The translations under genes and the position numbers were made by a program. From the NCBI GenBank assembly GCA_044222065.1, contig JBGAOA010000003.1, positions 48,959-112,958 on the forward strand: 64,000 bases of DNA. The letters run 5' to 3'. This stretch comes from Candidatus Eiseniibacteriota bacterium (lineage in GTDB: Bacteria > Eisenbacteria > RBG-16-71-46). The notes under the pieces are model-generated. The model saw only the letters and a program-made list of their open reading frames with translations, did no database searches and was not told where the DNA came from. Of the stretch, positions 20,093 through 27,967 are shown in pieces; within the stretch, counting starts at the first letter, position 1; each line of letters begins with the position of its first letter.

Positions 20093-20914
20093 ATGGCGTA
20101 CGCAGCGGGCGTGGACGTCGGCTCCACGCAGACGAAGGCGGTGGTGGTGAACGAGCGCGGCGCGATCGTCGGCCGCGCGCTCACGATGACCGGCGCGAAC
20201 GTGACGCAGGCGGCCGAAGAGGCATTCGCCGCATCACTCGCGAACGGCGACGTGCGCGAGGAAGAGGTCGAGTACGTGATCGGCACCGGCTACGGCCGCT
20301 ACAAGGTCACGTTCGGGAACACGCAGGTCACCGAGATCAGCTGCCACGGGCGCGGCGCGGTGCACATGTTCCCGGGCACGCGCACGGTCGTGGACATGGG
20401 CGGCCAGGACACGAAGGCGATCCGCGTCTCCGAGCGCGGCGAGATCGTGGACTTCTGCATGAACGACAAGTGCGCGGCGGGCACCGGGCGCTTCCTCGGC
20501 GCGGCGTCGTCGGCGCTCGACATCCCGCTCGACCAGCTCGGCGCGACCGCGCTCCGGGGCGAGCGGCCGGTGAAGATCTCGACCACGTGCACCGTGTTCG
20601 CCGAGTCCGAGGTGCTGTCGTGGCTCGGCAAGGGCAAGAAGATCGAGGACATCCTGCTCGGCGTGCACCAGAGCATCGCCGGCCGCTCGACCGGTCTGCT
20701 GTGGCGCGTCGGCATCGAGCCCGAGGTGACGTTCACGGGCGGCGTGGCGAAGAACGTCGCGATGATCGAGTCGCTCGAGAAGTCCATCGGCGCGAAGGTG
20801 AACGTGAGCCCGGACTCGCACTTCATGGGCGCGCTCGGCGCCGCGCTGTTCGCGCTCGACCACATCCGCGCGAGCCGCACGCCCGCGGGCCTCAAATCGG
20901 GGGTGGCGTCGTGA
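20093..20914 (+). CDS. Benzoyl-CoA reductase ATP-dependent activase subunit 1 (ASKHA; BcrA/D, BadF/G, BzdP/Q family)
   Basis: [55 protein letters not shown]. Confidence 0.9.
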   Translation: MAYAAGVDVGSTQTKAVVVNERGAIVGRALTMTGANVTQAAEEAFAASLANGDVREEEVEYVIGTGYGRYKVTFGNTQVTEISCHGRGAVHMFPGTRTVVDMGGQDTKAIRVSERGEIVDFCMNDKCAAGTGRFLGAASSALDIPLDQLGATALRGERPVKISTTCTVFAESEVLSWLGKGKKIEDILLGVHQSIAGRSTGLLWRVGIEPEVTFTGGVAKNVAMIESLEKSIGAKVNVSPDSHFMGALGAALFALDHIRASRTPAGLKSGVAS

Positions 20915-21732
20915 GGATGACGGCCGGCATCGACGTGGGTTCGACGTACACGAAGGCCGTGGTCGTGGACGAGTACGGCGCGATCGCGGGCCGCGCGATG
21001 GAGCCGACCGGCTTCCGGCTCACCGAGGTCGCGAACCGCACGCTCGAGGCGGCGGCCGCGAAGGCCGGCTGCCGGCGCGAGCACGTCGCGTACGTCGTCG
21101 CGACCGGCTTCGGGCGGCACCAGGCGACGTTCGCGGACATCCACGTGACCGACCTGACGGCCGCGGCGCGCGGCGCGTCGAAGCTGTTCCCGCTCACGCG
21201 CACGATCCTCGACGTCGGTGGCCAGACGATGAAGGCGACGAAGCTCACCGAGGACGCGAAGGTCCACTCGTTCCGGCTCAACGACAAGTGCGCCGCGGGC
21301 ACGGGGGCGTTCCTCGAAAAGACCGCGCGCTACATGGGCTACGCGACCGAGGAGATCGGGCCGCTCGTCGAGACGTCGAAGGGCACGACGAGCATCTCGG
21401 GCGTGTGCGCCGTGTTCGCCGAGTCCGAGGTCATCAACCACCTCTCGCAGGGCGTGGCGCCCGCGGACATCATGCACGGCGCGATCGTGTCGCTCGTCGG
21501 CCGCTCGGTGCAGCTCATGAAGCGCGTGAAGGCCGAGCCCGAGTACACGCTCGTCGGCGGCATCCTGCGATTCGAAGCGATGGGGCGCGTCGTGCAGGAG
21601 GCGATCAAGACCGAAGTGAACGTGCCCGCGGGCGACCTCGTGCAGTTCGTCGCCGCGTACGGCGCGGGGCTGCTCGCGCAGCGCCGGCTCGACGTGCGCT
21701 CGGCCGGGGGCGCACGCGCGACGAGCGCGTGA
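20911..21732 (+). CDS. Benzoyl-CoA reductase ATP-dependent activase subunit 2
   Basis: [47 protein letters not shown] overlap (alternative ATG 20917). Confidence 0.88.
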   Translation: MRMTAGIDVGSTYTKAVVVDEYGAIAGRAMEPTGFRLTEVANRTLEAAAAKAGCRREHVAYVVATGFGRHQATFADIHVTDLTAAARGASKLFPLTRTILDVGGQTMKATKLTEDAKVHSFRLNDKCAAGTGAFLEKTARYMGYATEEIGPLVETSKGTTSISGVCAVFAESEVINHLSQGVAPADIMHGAIVSLVGRSVQLMKRVKAEPEYTLVGGILRFEAMGRVVQEAIKTEVNVPAGDLVQFVAAYGAGLLAQRRLDVRSAGGARATSA

Positions 21733-22064
21733 GCGTCGGCATGGGCAACGCCCCGGAATCGGACGCGAAGGACGAGCGCGCGCAGCGCTCGCTCGCGAAC
21801 CTCGTGCGCGCCGAGGCGCTGCGGGCGGATGCCGAGGAGCGCATCCGCCCCGATCCCGCGCGGCTCGAGCAGGGCTGGACGTTCCGCTTCGCGATCGAGT
21901 CGTCGCGCGCATCGGATCTCGTGACGCTCTACGAGTCGAGCGGCTTCGAGGTGATCGCCGATCCCGTGAAGGTCGAGCAGGTCGGCGACGAGTGCGCCGA
22001 CTGCCGACTGATGCTGCAGCGCACGTACGTCGCGATCTACACGCGGACGCGCGAAGCGGGCTGA
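21729..22064 (+). CDS. Small CxxC-containing hypothetical protein, last gene of the bcr operon
   Basis: GTGA overlap (alternative ATG 21741); GWTFRF...LYESSGFEV..P...ECADC...IYTR; typical codon usage. Confidence 0.7.
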   Translation: MSVGMGNAPESDAKDERAQRSLANLVRAEALRADAEERIRPDPARLEQGWTFRFAIESSRASDLVTLYESSGFEVIADPVKVEQVGDECADCRLMLQRTYVAIYTRTREAG

Positions 22065-22068
22065 GCCC

Positions 22069-24192
22069 CTACCCCCGCTCGATCAGCTCCCGGAGCATCG
22101 CGGGGTCCACGGGCTTCGTCAGGTGGTGGTCGAAGCCGGCGTCCTTCGCGCGCCTTCGATCCTCTTCCTGACCGAGACCCGTCAGCGCGATCAGGCGCGG
22201 GCCGTCGCCGTTCCGCTCGCGCAGCGCGCGCGCGACCTCGTAGCCGCTCATCCCCGGCAGCCCGATGTCGAGCAGCACGACCTTCGGGTTCCCGAGCCCG
22301 AACAGCTCGATCGCCGCGGGGCCGTCGTGCGCGACCTCGACGTCGTGACCCCAGAGCCGCAGCAGTTCGGCGAGGCTCTCGGCCGAATCGCGGTTGTCGT
22401 CCACGACGAGGATGCGCATCGCGTCGGCCGCGGGTCCCGTCGCGGCGGAAACACGCGCGCCGCGCTTCACGCGCTCGGCCGCGTCGGCGGGGGCCGCGAC
22501 GCGCGTGAGCCGCAGCGTGAACGTGCTGCCCTTGCCCGTCCCGCCGCTCTCGGCGCGGATGCCGCCGCCGTGCATCTCGGTGAGCCGCTTCGCGAGCGAC
22601 AGTCCGATGCCGAGCCCGCCCTGCGCGCGCGTCACCGTGGGATCGAGCTGCGTGAACGGCTCGAACACCCGCTGCAGCATCTCCTTCGGAATCCCGACGC
22701 CGTCGTCGCTCACGCGCACGATCGCGTCGCTCGACGACGTGCTCAGCGCCAGGTCGATGCGCCCGCCGTCGCGCCCGTACTTGACCGCGTTCGAGAGCAG
22801 GTTGCCGAGGATCTGCGCGATGCGCGTTGGGTCGGCGTGCACCCACACGGGCTGCGCGGACGGGGTCAGGCGCAGCGACTGGCTTCGGGCGCGCGCGAGC
22901 GGCTCGGCGTCCTCGGCCGCCTCGGCGACGAGCGCGTTCAGCTCGACGGGCTCGCGGCGCAGCACGATCTTGCCCTGGCTGATGCGCGACGTGTCGAGCA
23001 GGTCGTCCACGAGCCGCGACATGTTCTGCACCTGCCGCCGCATCATCGCGTGCGCCTGACGCTCCTCGGGCGGCGTGCCCTCGGCGCGCGCCTCGAGCAC
23101 GTGCAGTGCGTTGCTGAGCGGCGCGAGCGGGTTGCGCAGCTCGTGCGCGAGCACGCTCAGGAACTCGTCCTTGCGCTCGTGCGCGATGGACAGCTCGCGC
23201 ATGCGCTCGTCCATGCGCTGCTCGGCGGCGACGACGCTGCGCGTCACGGGCAGCGCGGTGCTGCCGCCCACGATGATGCCGGCGACGAGCATGACGAGGA
23301 CCGCGATCAGGCCCACGCGGATCGCGCGGCGCGCCGCGTGCTGGGCCTCGACGACGTCCGTGCTCGACAGGCTCTGGATGCCGTCGGCGATCAGCAGCTC
23401 GAGACGCTTCGACACGTCGAGGAAGCGGTCGAGCGTGCGGTTCATGCGCTCCCCGGCATCGAACGCCGCGTGGCCGCGCGCGACCACCTCGTCGAAGCCG
23501 GGCTGAAGGTGCGAGAGCGCCTCGAGTTCCTCGGGGCCGAGCTTCATCTCGTGGTAGCGCGCGAGCCGCTGCTGGAAGTCGAGCGCGATGGTCTGGATGC
23601 GGCCGCGCGGCTCGGGCTCGCGCAGTCGCAGCGCGACGCCGAGCGTGCGCGACAGCGCCGCCGCGTCCGCTTCGAGTGCTGCGGCCTCGCCGATCTTGCG
23701 CGGGCCCTCCTTGCCCTTGCCGTCGAGGAGCGGCACGAGGTCCTTGCGGAACACTTCCTCGAGCGCCTCCGAGGCGCGCGCGAAGTCCGACACGAGCGCG
23801 CGCCGCGCGTCGCTCTGCGTGAGCAGCGAATCCGCGAGCGCCGCAAACCCCGCGTGCGCTTCGACCATGCGGCGACCGATCGCGCGCGAGGAGTCCGTGC
23901 GCGCGATCGTCGCGTAGCGCCCGACGAGGCTGCGGAACGCGCCGTAGCGCGCGACGATGCTCGAGTAGTCGGCGTTGCGCGCCGTCGTCAGCTCGCGCAG
24001 CACGGCCGCGCGCGTGTCGCTCACGTTGAGCGCCAGCTCGAACGACTGCGACGTCGGCGGGTCCTGCACCGCCATGATCGTCGTGAGCGCGCGGTCGATG
24101 AGCGCGAGGCGGTGCGCGACGAACAGGCCGATGCCGACGAGCAGCAGCAGCAGCAGTCCGAAGCCGAGTCCGAGCTTGGTCGCGGTGTTCAT
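22069..24192 (-). CDS. Hybrid sensor histidine kinase (2 TM, helical periplasmic sensor, HisKA-HATPase-REC)
   Basis: LAHELRNPL, NLLSNAVKY, DDGVG, GGLGIGL, C-terminal ILVVDDN..LLDIGLPGMSG..HLTKP. Confidence 0.92.
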   Translation of the reverse strand: MNTATKLGLGFGLLLLLLVGIGLFVAHRLALIDRALTTIMAVQDPPTSQSFELALNVSDTRAAVLRELTTARNADYSSIVARYGAFRSLVGRYATIARTDSSRAIGRRMVEAHAGFAALADSLLTQSDARRALVSDFARASEALEEVFRKDLVPLLDGKGKEGPRKIGEAAALEADAAALSRTLGVALRLREPEPRGRIQTIALDFQQRLARYHEMKLGPEELEALSHLQPGFDEVVARGHAAFDAGERMNRTLDRFLDVSKRLELLIADGIQSLSSTDVVEAQHAARRAIRVGLIAVLVMLVAGIIVGGSTALPVTRSVVAAEQRMDERMRELSIAHERKDEFLSVLAHELRNPLAPLSNALHVLEARAEGTPPEERQAHAMMRRQVQNMSRLVDDLLDTSRISQGKIVLRREPVELNALVAEAAEDAEPLARARSQSLRLTPSAQPVWVHADPTRIAQILGNLLSNAVKYGRDGGRIDLALSTSSSDAIVRVSDDGVGIPKEMLQRVFEPFTQLDPTVTRAQGGLGIGLSLAKRLTEMHGGGIRAESGGTGKGSTFTLRLTRVAAPADAAERVKRGARVSAATGPAADAMRILVVDDNRDSAESLAELLRLWGHDVEVAHDGPAAIELFGLGNPKVVLLDIGLPGMSGYEVARALRERNGDGPRLIALTGLGQEEDRRRAKDAGFDHHLTKPVDPAMLRELIERG

Positions 24193-24344
24193 GGGCGCGG
24201 CAGTATAGCGCCCGGACCCGCGCCGGACGCGGTCCGCGCCGTCCCCGCAGCGCGCGGGTGACGCGCCCGCCGCACTTGCCCGCGGGCCGCCGCGGCAGGC
24301 ATCTTTGCGGCCCCCGCAGGACCCGCGATGACCCCGGAGCGCCC

Positions 24345-24971
24345 ATGTCCCACGATCCGCTGCGCCGCGACTTGTACCTGCGCACCCTCGCGCGGCTGCG
24401 CCGGAGCCTCGATCACGAGCTGCGCTCGCACGCGGGCAGCGTGTCGCTGCAGCTCGACCTGATGAGCGAACTCGTCGCGCGCGGCGTTGCCGACGGCGCG
24501 AAGCTCGAGACGCCGATCCAGCGCGCGAAGACCGGGCTCGAGCGGCTGCGGAAGACGGCGGCGGCCGTGGTCGAGGCGACCGACGTCGAGCGTGGACGAA
24601 ATGGCGCGGACCTGGGCGCGGTGCTGCGGGGTATCGAGGGGCTGCTCGCGCCGCGCGCGCGCGAGCTCGGGGTGACGTGGGCGGCCGTGGCGCCGCTCGA
24701 GCCGGTGCCGCTCGCGGGCGATGGCGACGCGGTGCGCGAGGCGCTCACGATCGCCGCCGTCGAATCGCTGGAGGCGCTGCCGAACGGTGCGCGCCTCACG
24801 CTCGCGGCCGCGGTGGACGGCGGACGCGCGGCGGTCGCGCTCGAAGGCGCGATCGCCGATCCCTCGAGCCCGACGCTCGCGCTCGTGCGCGCCGCGATCG
24901 CCTCCGCCGGCGGCGAGGCCGTCGCGGGCGACGACGGCGCGCCGCGCTTCACGCTGCCGCTCGCCACCTGA
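24345..24971 (+). CDS. Degenerate histidine-kinase-like protein (possible ChpT-like phosphotransferase)
   Basis: DHELRSH H-box-like helix; HATPase-like tail ending FTLPL but lacking N-box Asn and DxGxG; ATG 24345 after GGAG. Confidence 0.55.
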   Translation: MSHDPLRRDLYLRTLARLRRSLDHELRSHAGSVSLQLDLMSELVARGVADGAKLETPIQRAKTGLERLRKTAAAVVEATDVERGRNGADLGAVLRGIEGLLAPRARELGVTWAAVAPLEPVPLAGDGDAVREALTIAAVESLEALPNGARLTLAAAVDGGRAAVALEGAIADPSSPTLALVRAAIASAGGEAVAGDDGAPRFTLPLAT

Positions 24972-24985
24972 TCGAAAGAGGAGCC

Positions 24986-26347
24986 ATGGTGCCGCTCGCA
25001 CTGGTCGTGGACGACGACGCCGAACTGAGGGCGGCACTCGCCGACATCTGCCGGCTCGAGGGCTTCGACACGGCCGAGGCCGGCTCGCTCGCCGAAGCGC
25101 GCGCCGCGCTCGCGCGCCGCACGCCCGACGTCGTGCTCACCGACCTCGTGCTGCCGGACGGCAGCGGCACCGACCTCGTGCCGGCCGCGACCGACGCGCC
25201 GCGCCCCGAGATCGTGCTCGTCACCGGTCACGCGAGCGTCGAGTCCGCGATCGCCGCGATCCGCATCGGCGCGCTCGACTACCTCGTCAAGCCGCTCGAC
25301 GTGCAGCGACTCAAGTCCATCCTCGCGAAGGTGACGCCGGCGCGCGCGCGCAAGGCCGAGATCGCCTCGCTGCGCGGCGCCTCGAAGCAGGACGGGCGCT
25401 TCGGCCCGCTGATCGGCTCGTCGCCCGCGATGCAGCACGTCTACGACCTGATCGCGCGCGTCGCGCCGACGAGCGCCACGGTGCTCGTCACGGGCGAGAG
25501 CGGCACGGGCAAGGAACTCGTCGCGCACACGGTCCACGAGCTGAGCCCGCGTCGCGAGCGTCCGTTCGTCGCCGCGAACTGCGGCGCGTTCCCCGCGAAC
25601 CTCATCGAAAGCGCGCTGTTCGGCCACGAGCGCGGCAGCTTCACGGGCGCCACGCAGCAGCGGCGCGGGCTGTTCGAGCAGGCCGACGGCGGCACGCTGT
25701 TCCTGGACGAGATCACCGAGATGCCGGTCGAGCTGCAGCCCAAGCTGCTGCGCGTGCTCGAGACCGGGCGGCTCACGCGCATTGGCGGCGAGGGCGAGTT
25801 CCCGGTGGACGTGCGCGTCGTCGCGGCGACGAACCGCGCGCCCGCCGACGCCGTGCAGAAGGGCCGCCTGCGCGAGGACCTCTACTACCGACTCAATGTG
25901 TTCCCGATCGAGATGCCGCCGCTGCGCGCGCGCGGCGACGACGTCGCGCGCCTCGCGCAGCACTTCCTCGACGCCGTCGGCCGCGGCGCCGGCGAGCCGT
26001 ACCGCTTCGGCGCCGACGCGCGCGCCGCGTTCCGCTCGCACAGCTGGCCCGGCAACGTGCGCGAACTCAAGAACTGGGTCGAGCGCTGCGCGATCCTCGG
26101 CCGCGACGTGGTCGAATTCGGCCGCACCGCCACACCCGCGAGCGGGCCGGCCGCAGCGGGCGGCGCGTTCACGAACCTGCGCGTCGGCATGACGCTCGAC
26201 GAGATCGAGCGCGTCGTGATCCTCGCCACGCTCGAGCACTGCGAGGGCGACAAGCGCCGCGCCGCCGAGACGCTCGGCATCAGCCTCAAGACGCTCTACA
26301 ACCGGCTCAACGAGTACGAGGCGCGCAGCAGCTCGTCGCCGGACTGA
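24986..26347 (+). CDS. Sigma-54-dependent response regulator (NtrC/AtoC family)
   Basis: [57 protein letters not shown] 24986 after GAGGAG. Confidence 0.93.
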   Translation: MVPLALVVDDDAELRAALADICRLEGFDTAEAGSLAEARAALARRTPDVVLTDLVLPDGSGTDLVPAATDAPRPEIVLVTGHASVESAIAAIRIGALDYLVKPLDVQRLKSILAKVTPARARKAEIASLRGASKQDGRFGPLIGSSPAMQHVYDLIARVAPTSATVLVTGESGTGKELVAHTVHELSPRRERPFVAANCGAFPANLIESALFGHERGSFTGATQQRRGLFEQADGGTLFLDEITEMPVELQPKLLRVLETGRLTRIGGEGEFPVDVRVVAATNRAPADAVQKGRLREDLYYRLNVFPIEMPPLRARGDDVARLAQHFLDAVGRGAGEPYRFGADARAAFRSHSWPGNVRELKNWVERCAILGRDVVEFGRTATPASGPAAAGGAFTNLRVGMTLDEIERVVILATLEHCEGDKRRAAETLGISLKTLYNRLNEYEARSSSSPD

Positions 26348-26478
26348 GGCTGGAGGTCGCGCTCGCCGCGGCTCGCCTCGCATGTAGGGCCTACAAAGGG
26401 CGCGGCACCTCTTACACCGTGGACGCCCCGCCGGCGGATCCGCGACGCACTTCCAAGCACTTGCGCCGCGAAACCGGA

Positions 26479-26494
26479 TGGCACGCACGCTGCA
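26479..26494 (+). promoter_or_regulatory. Sigma-54 (-24/-12) promoter
   Basis: TGGCACGcacgCTGCA with exact GG-N10-GC spacing, directly downstream of a sigma-54 activator gene. Confidence 0.7.
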
Positions 26495-26633
26495 AAGCGT
26501 CGCGAGCGAGGTCCTCGGTCGCGGGGTGGAACTGGAGAGCAACCGCGCTTCCGAGCCTCAGCCAAAGGTGCTCCGGGATCCGAAAGCACGTGGGGAGCGG
26601 CCAAGGTCCCGGAGCGCCAGGAGGTTTGAACCC

Positions 26634-26798
26634 TTGCGGTGGTCGCTGAGTTCACTGGCGATCGTGCTGTGGCTGATGGGCATGGTGACGGGCTACACGC
26701 TGCGTGGCTACGTGCACCTGCTGCCGCTGATCGCGATCGGAATCGTCTTCACCGCGCGTCGCCGCGATGCGCGGCTCCATCGAAGAAGCGCGTACTGA
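26634..26798 (+). CDS. Small membrane protein, lmo0937/DUF5670-like (54 aa)
   Basis: TTG 26634, 9 nt after AGGAGG; IVLWLMGMVTGYTLRGYVHLLPLIAI matches the family pattern LWLLG...Y..GG.IH.LL.IA. Confidence 0.7.
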   Translation: MRWSLSSLAIVLWLMGMVTGYTLRGYVHLLPLIAIGIVFTARRRDARLHRRSAY

Positions 26799-27093
26799 AT
26801 CACTCCGGCATCGACGGAAGAGCCCGGGCGCACGACAACCGGGAACCGACTACGAACCTCGGGTTCTTCTGAAGGTGCCGGGTTCCTCGGCGAAGGCACG
26901 GCGTTTCGCATCTCGATGAGTCGAATCGCCGCCGCGCCGATCACGAGGATTCGGACGGGGCTCGGCCGGGTGCGGCCCCCGGCTAACACCGATCCGAATG
27001 ACACGCCGGGTGCGAGGCGATCCGCAAGGACCGCTCTTTCGCCCGGCGATGTCGTTTGGGGGCGGGAGTCCGTGCGCCTATCCTCGCGCGCCC

Positions 27094-27963
27094 ATGACCG
27101 CGCTCACGCTCGTGCTCGTCCTCGCCTCGGCGGCGATCCATGCGACGTGGAACCTGTGGACGAAGCAGATCGGCCACACCGCACGCTCGGGCACGCTCAT
27201 GTGGGCGTTCACGGCGATCTCGTCCGTGCTCTATGCGCCGTTCGCGCTCGCGCTCGCGGCGCGCACGGGCTGGCGGCCCGATGCCGCATCGTTCGGCTGG
27301 ATCGCGGGCAGCGGCGCGATCCACGTCGTCTACTTCCTGCTGCTGATCCGCGGCTATCGCGCGAGCGACCTCTCGATCGTCTATCCGGTCGCGCGGGGCA
27401 CCGGGCCGCTGCTGTCGGCGGCGGCCGCGATCGCGATCTTCGCCGAGCGGCCGACGGCGCTTTCGGTCGCGGGCGCGCTGCTCATCGTGCTCGGCGTGCT
27501 CGCGCTCACGGCGCGCGTGCCGGGCGCGGACGGCGGACGCGCGGCCGCGGGACTCCGTTACGGGCTCGCAGTCGGCGGGCTCATCGCCGTCTACACGCTG
27601 TGGGACGGCTGGGCCGTGAAGCGCGCCGGCATCCCGCCGCTGCTCTTCTACTGGGGCGGTGAGATCACGCGCGTGCTGCTCTTCACGCCGGCGGCGATCG
27701 CCGACCGCGGCGGGCTCGTGAAGCTCCTCCGCGCGCACGGGCCGCGCGTGTTCGGCGTCGCGGCGCTGAGCCCGCTGAGCTACATCCTCGTGCTGATCGC
27801 GCTCACGATGGGCGCCGTCAGCCACATCGCGCCCGCGCGCGAGCTGAGCATCCTGATCGGCACCTGGCTCGGCGGCCGCGTGCTGAGCGAGGGCGAACGG
27901 GGCCGGCGCCTCGTCGCGGCCGCGGCGTTCGTCGCGGGCGTCGTCGCGCTCGCGTTCGCGTGA
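27094..27963 (+). CDS. EamA/DMT family transporter
   Basis: LASAAIHATWN, YRASDLSIVYPVARG, APARELSIL; about 10 TM segments. Confidence 0.88.
   Translation: MTALTLVLVLASAAIHATWNLWTKQIGHTARSGTLMWAFTAISSVLYAPFALALAARTGWRPDAASFGWIAGSGAIHVVYFLLLIRGYRASDLSIVYPVARGTGPLLSAAAAIAIFAERPTALSVAGALLIVLGVLALTARVPGADGGRAAAGLRYGLAVGGLIAVYTLWDGWAVKRAGIPPLLFYWGGEITRVLLFTPAAIADRGGLVKLLRAHGPRVFGVAALSPLSYILVLIALTMGAVSHIAPARELSILIGTWLGGRVLSEGERGRRLVAAAAFVAGVVALAFA
27882..27963 (+). repeat. Direct repeat copy 1 (82 bp; 3' end of EamA gene including stop)
   Basis: gctgagcgagggcgaacggggccggcgcctcgtc...gcgttcgcgtga; 78/82 identical to 29688-29769. Confidence 0.9.
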
Positions 27964-27967
27964 TGAG

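Noticed and set aside
17602..21732. 2-hydroxyacyl-CoA dehydratase (HgdABC/FldBCI) interpretation
   Set aside because: Same superfamily, but two distinct activases and linkage to dch, had and oah favour benzoyl-CoA reductase
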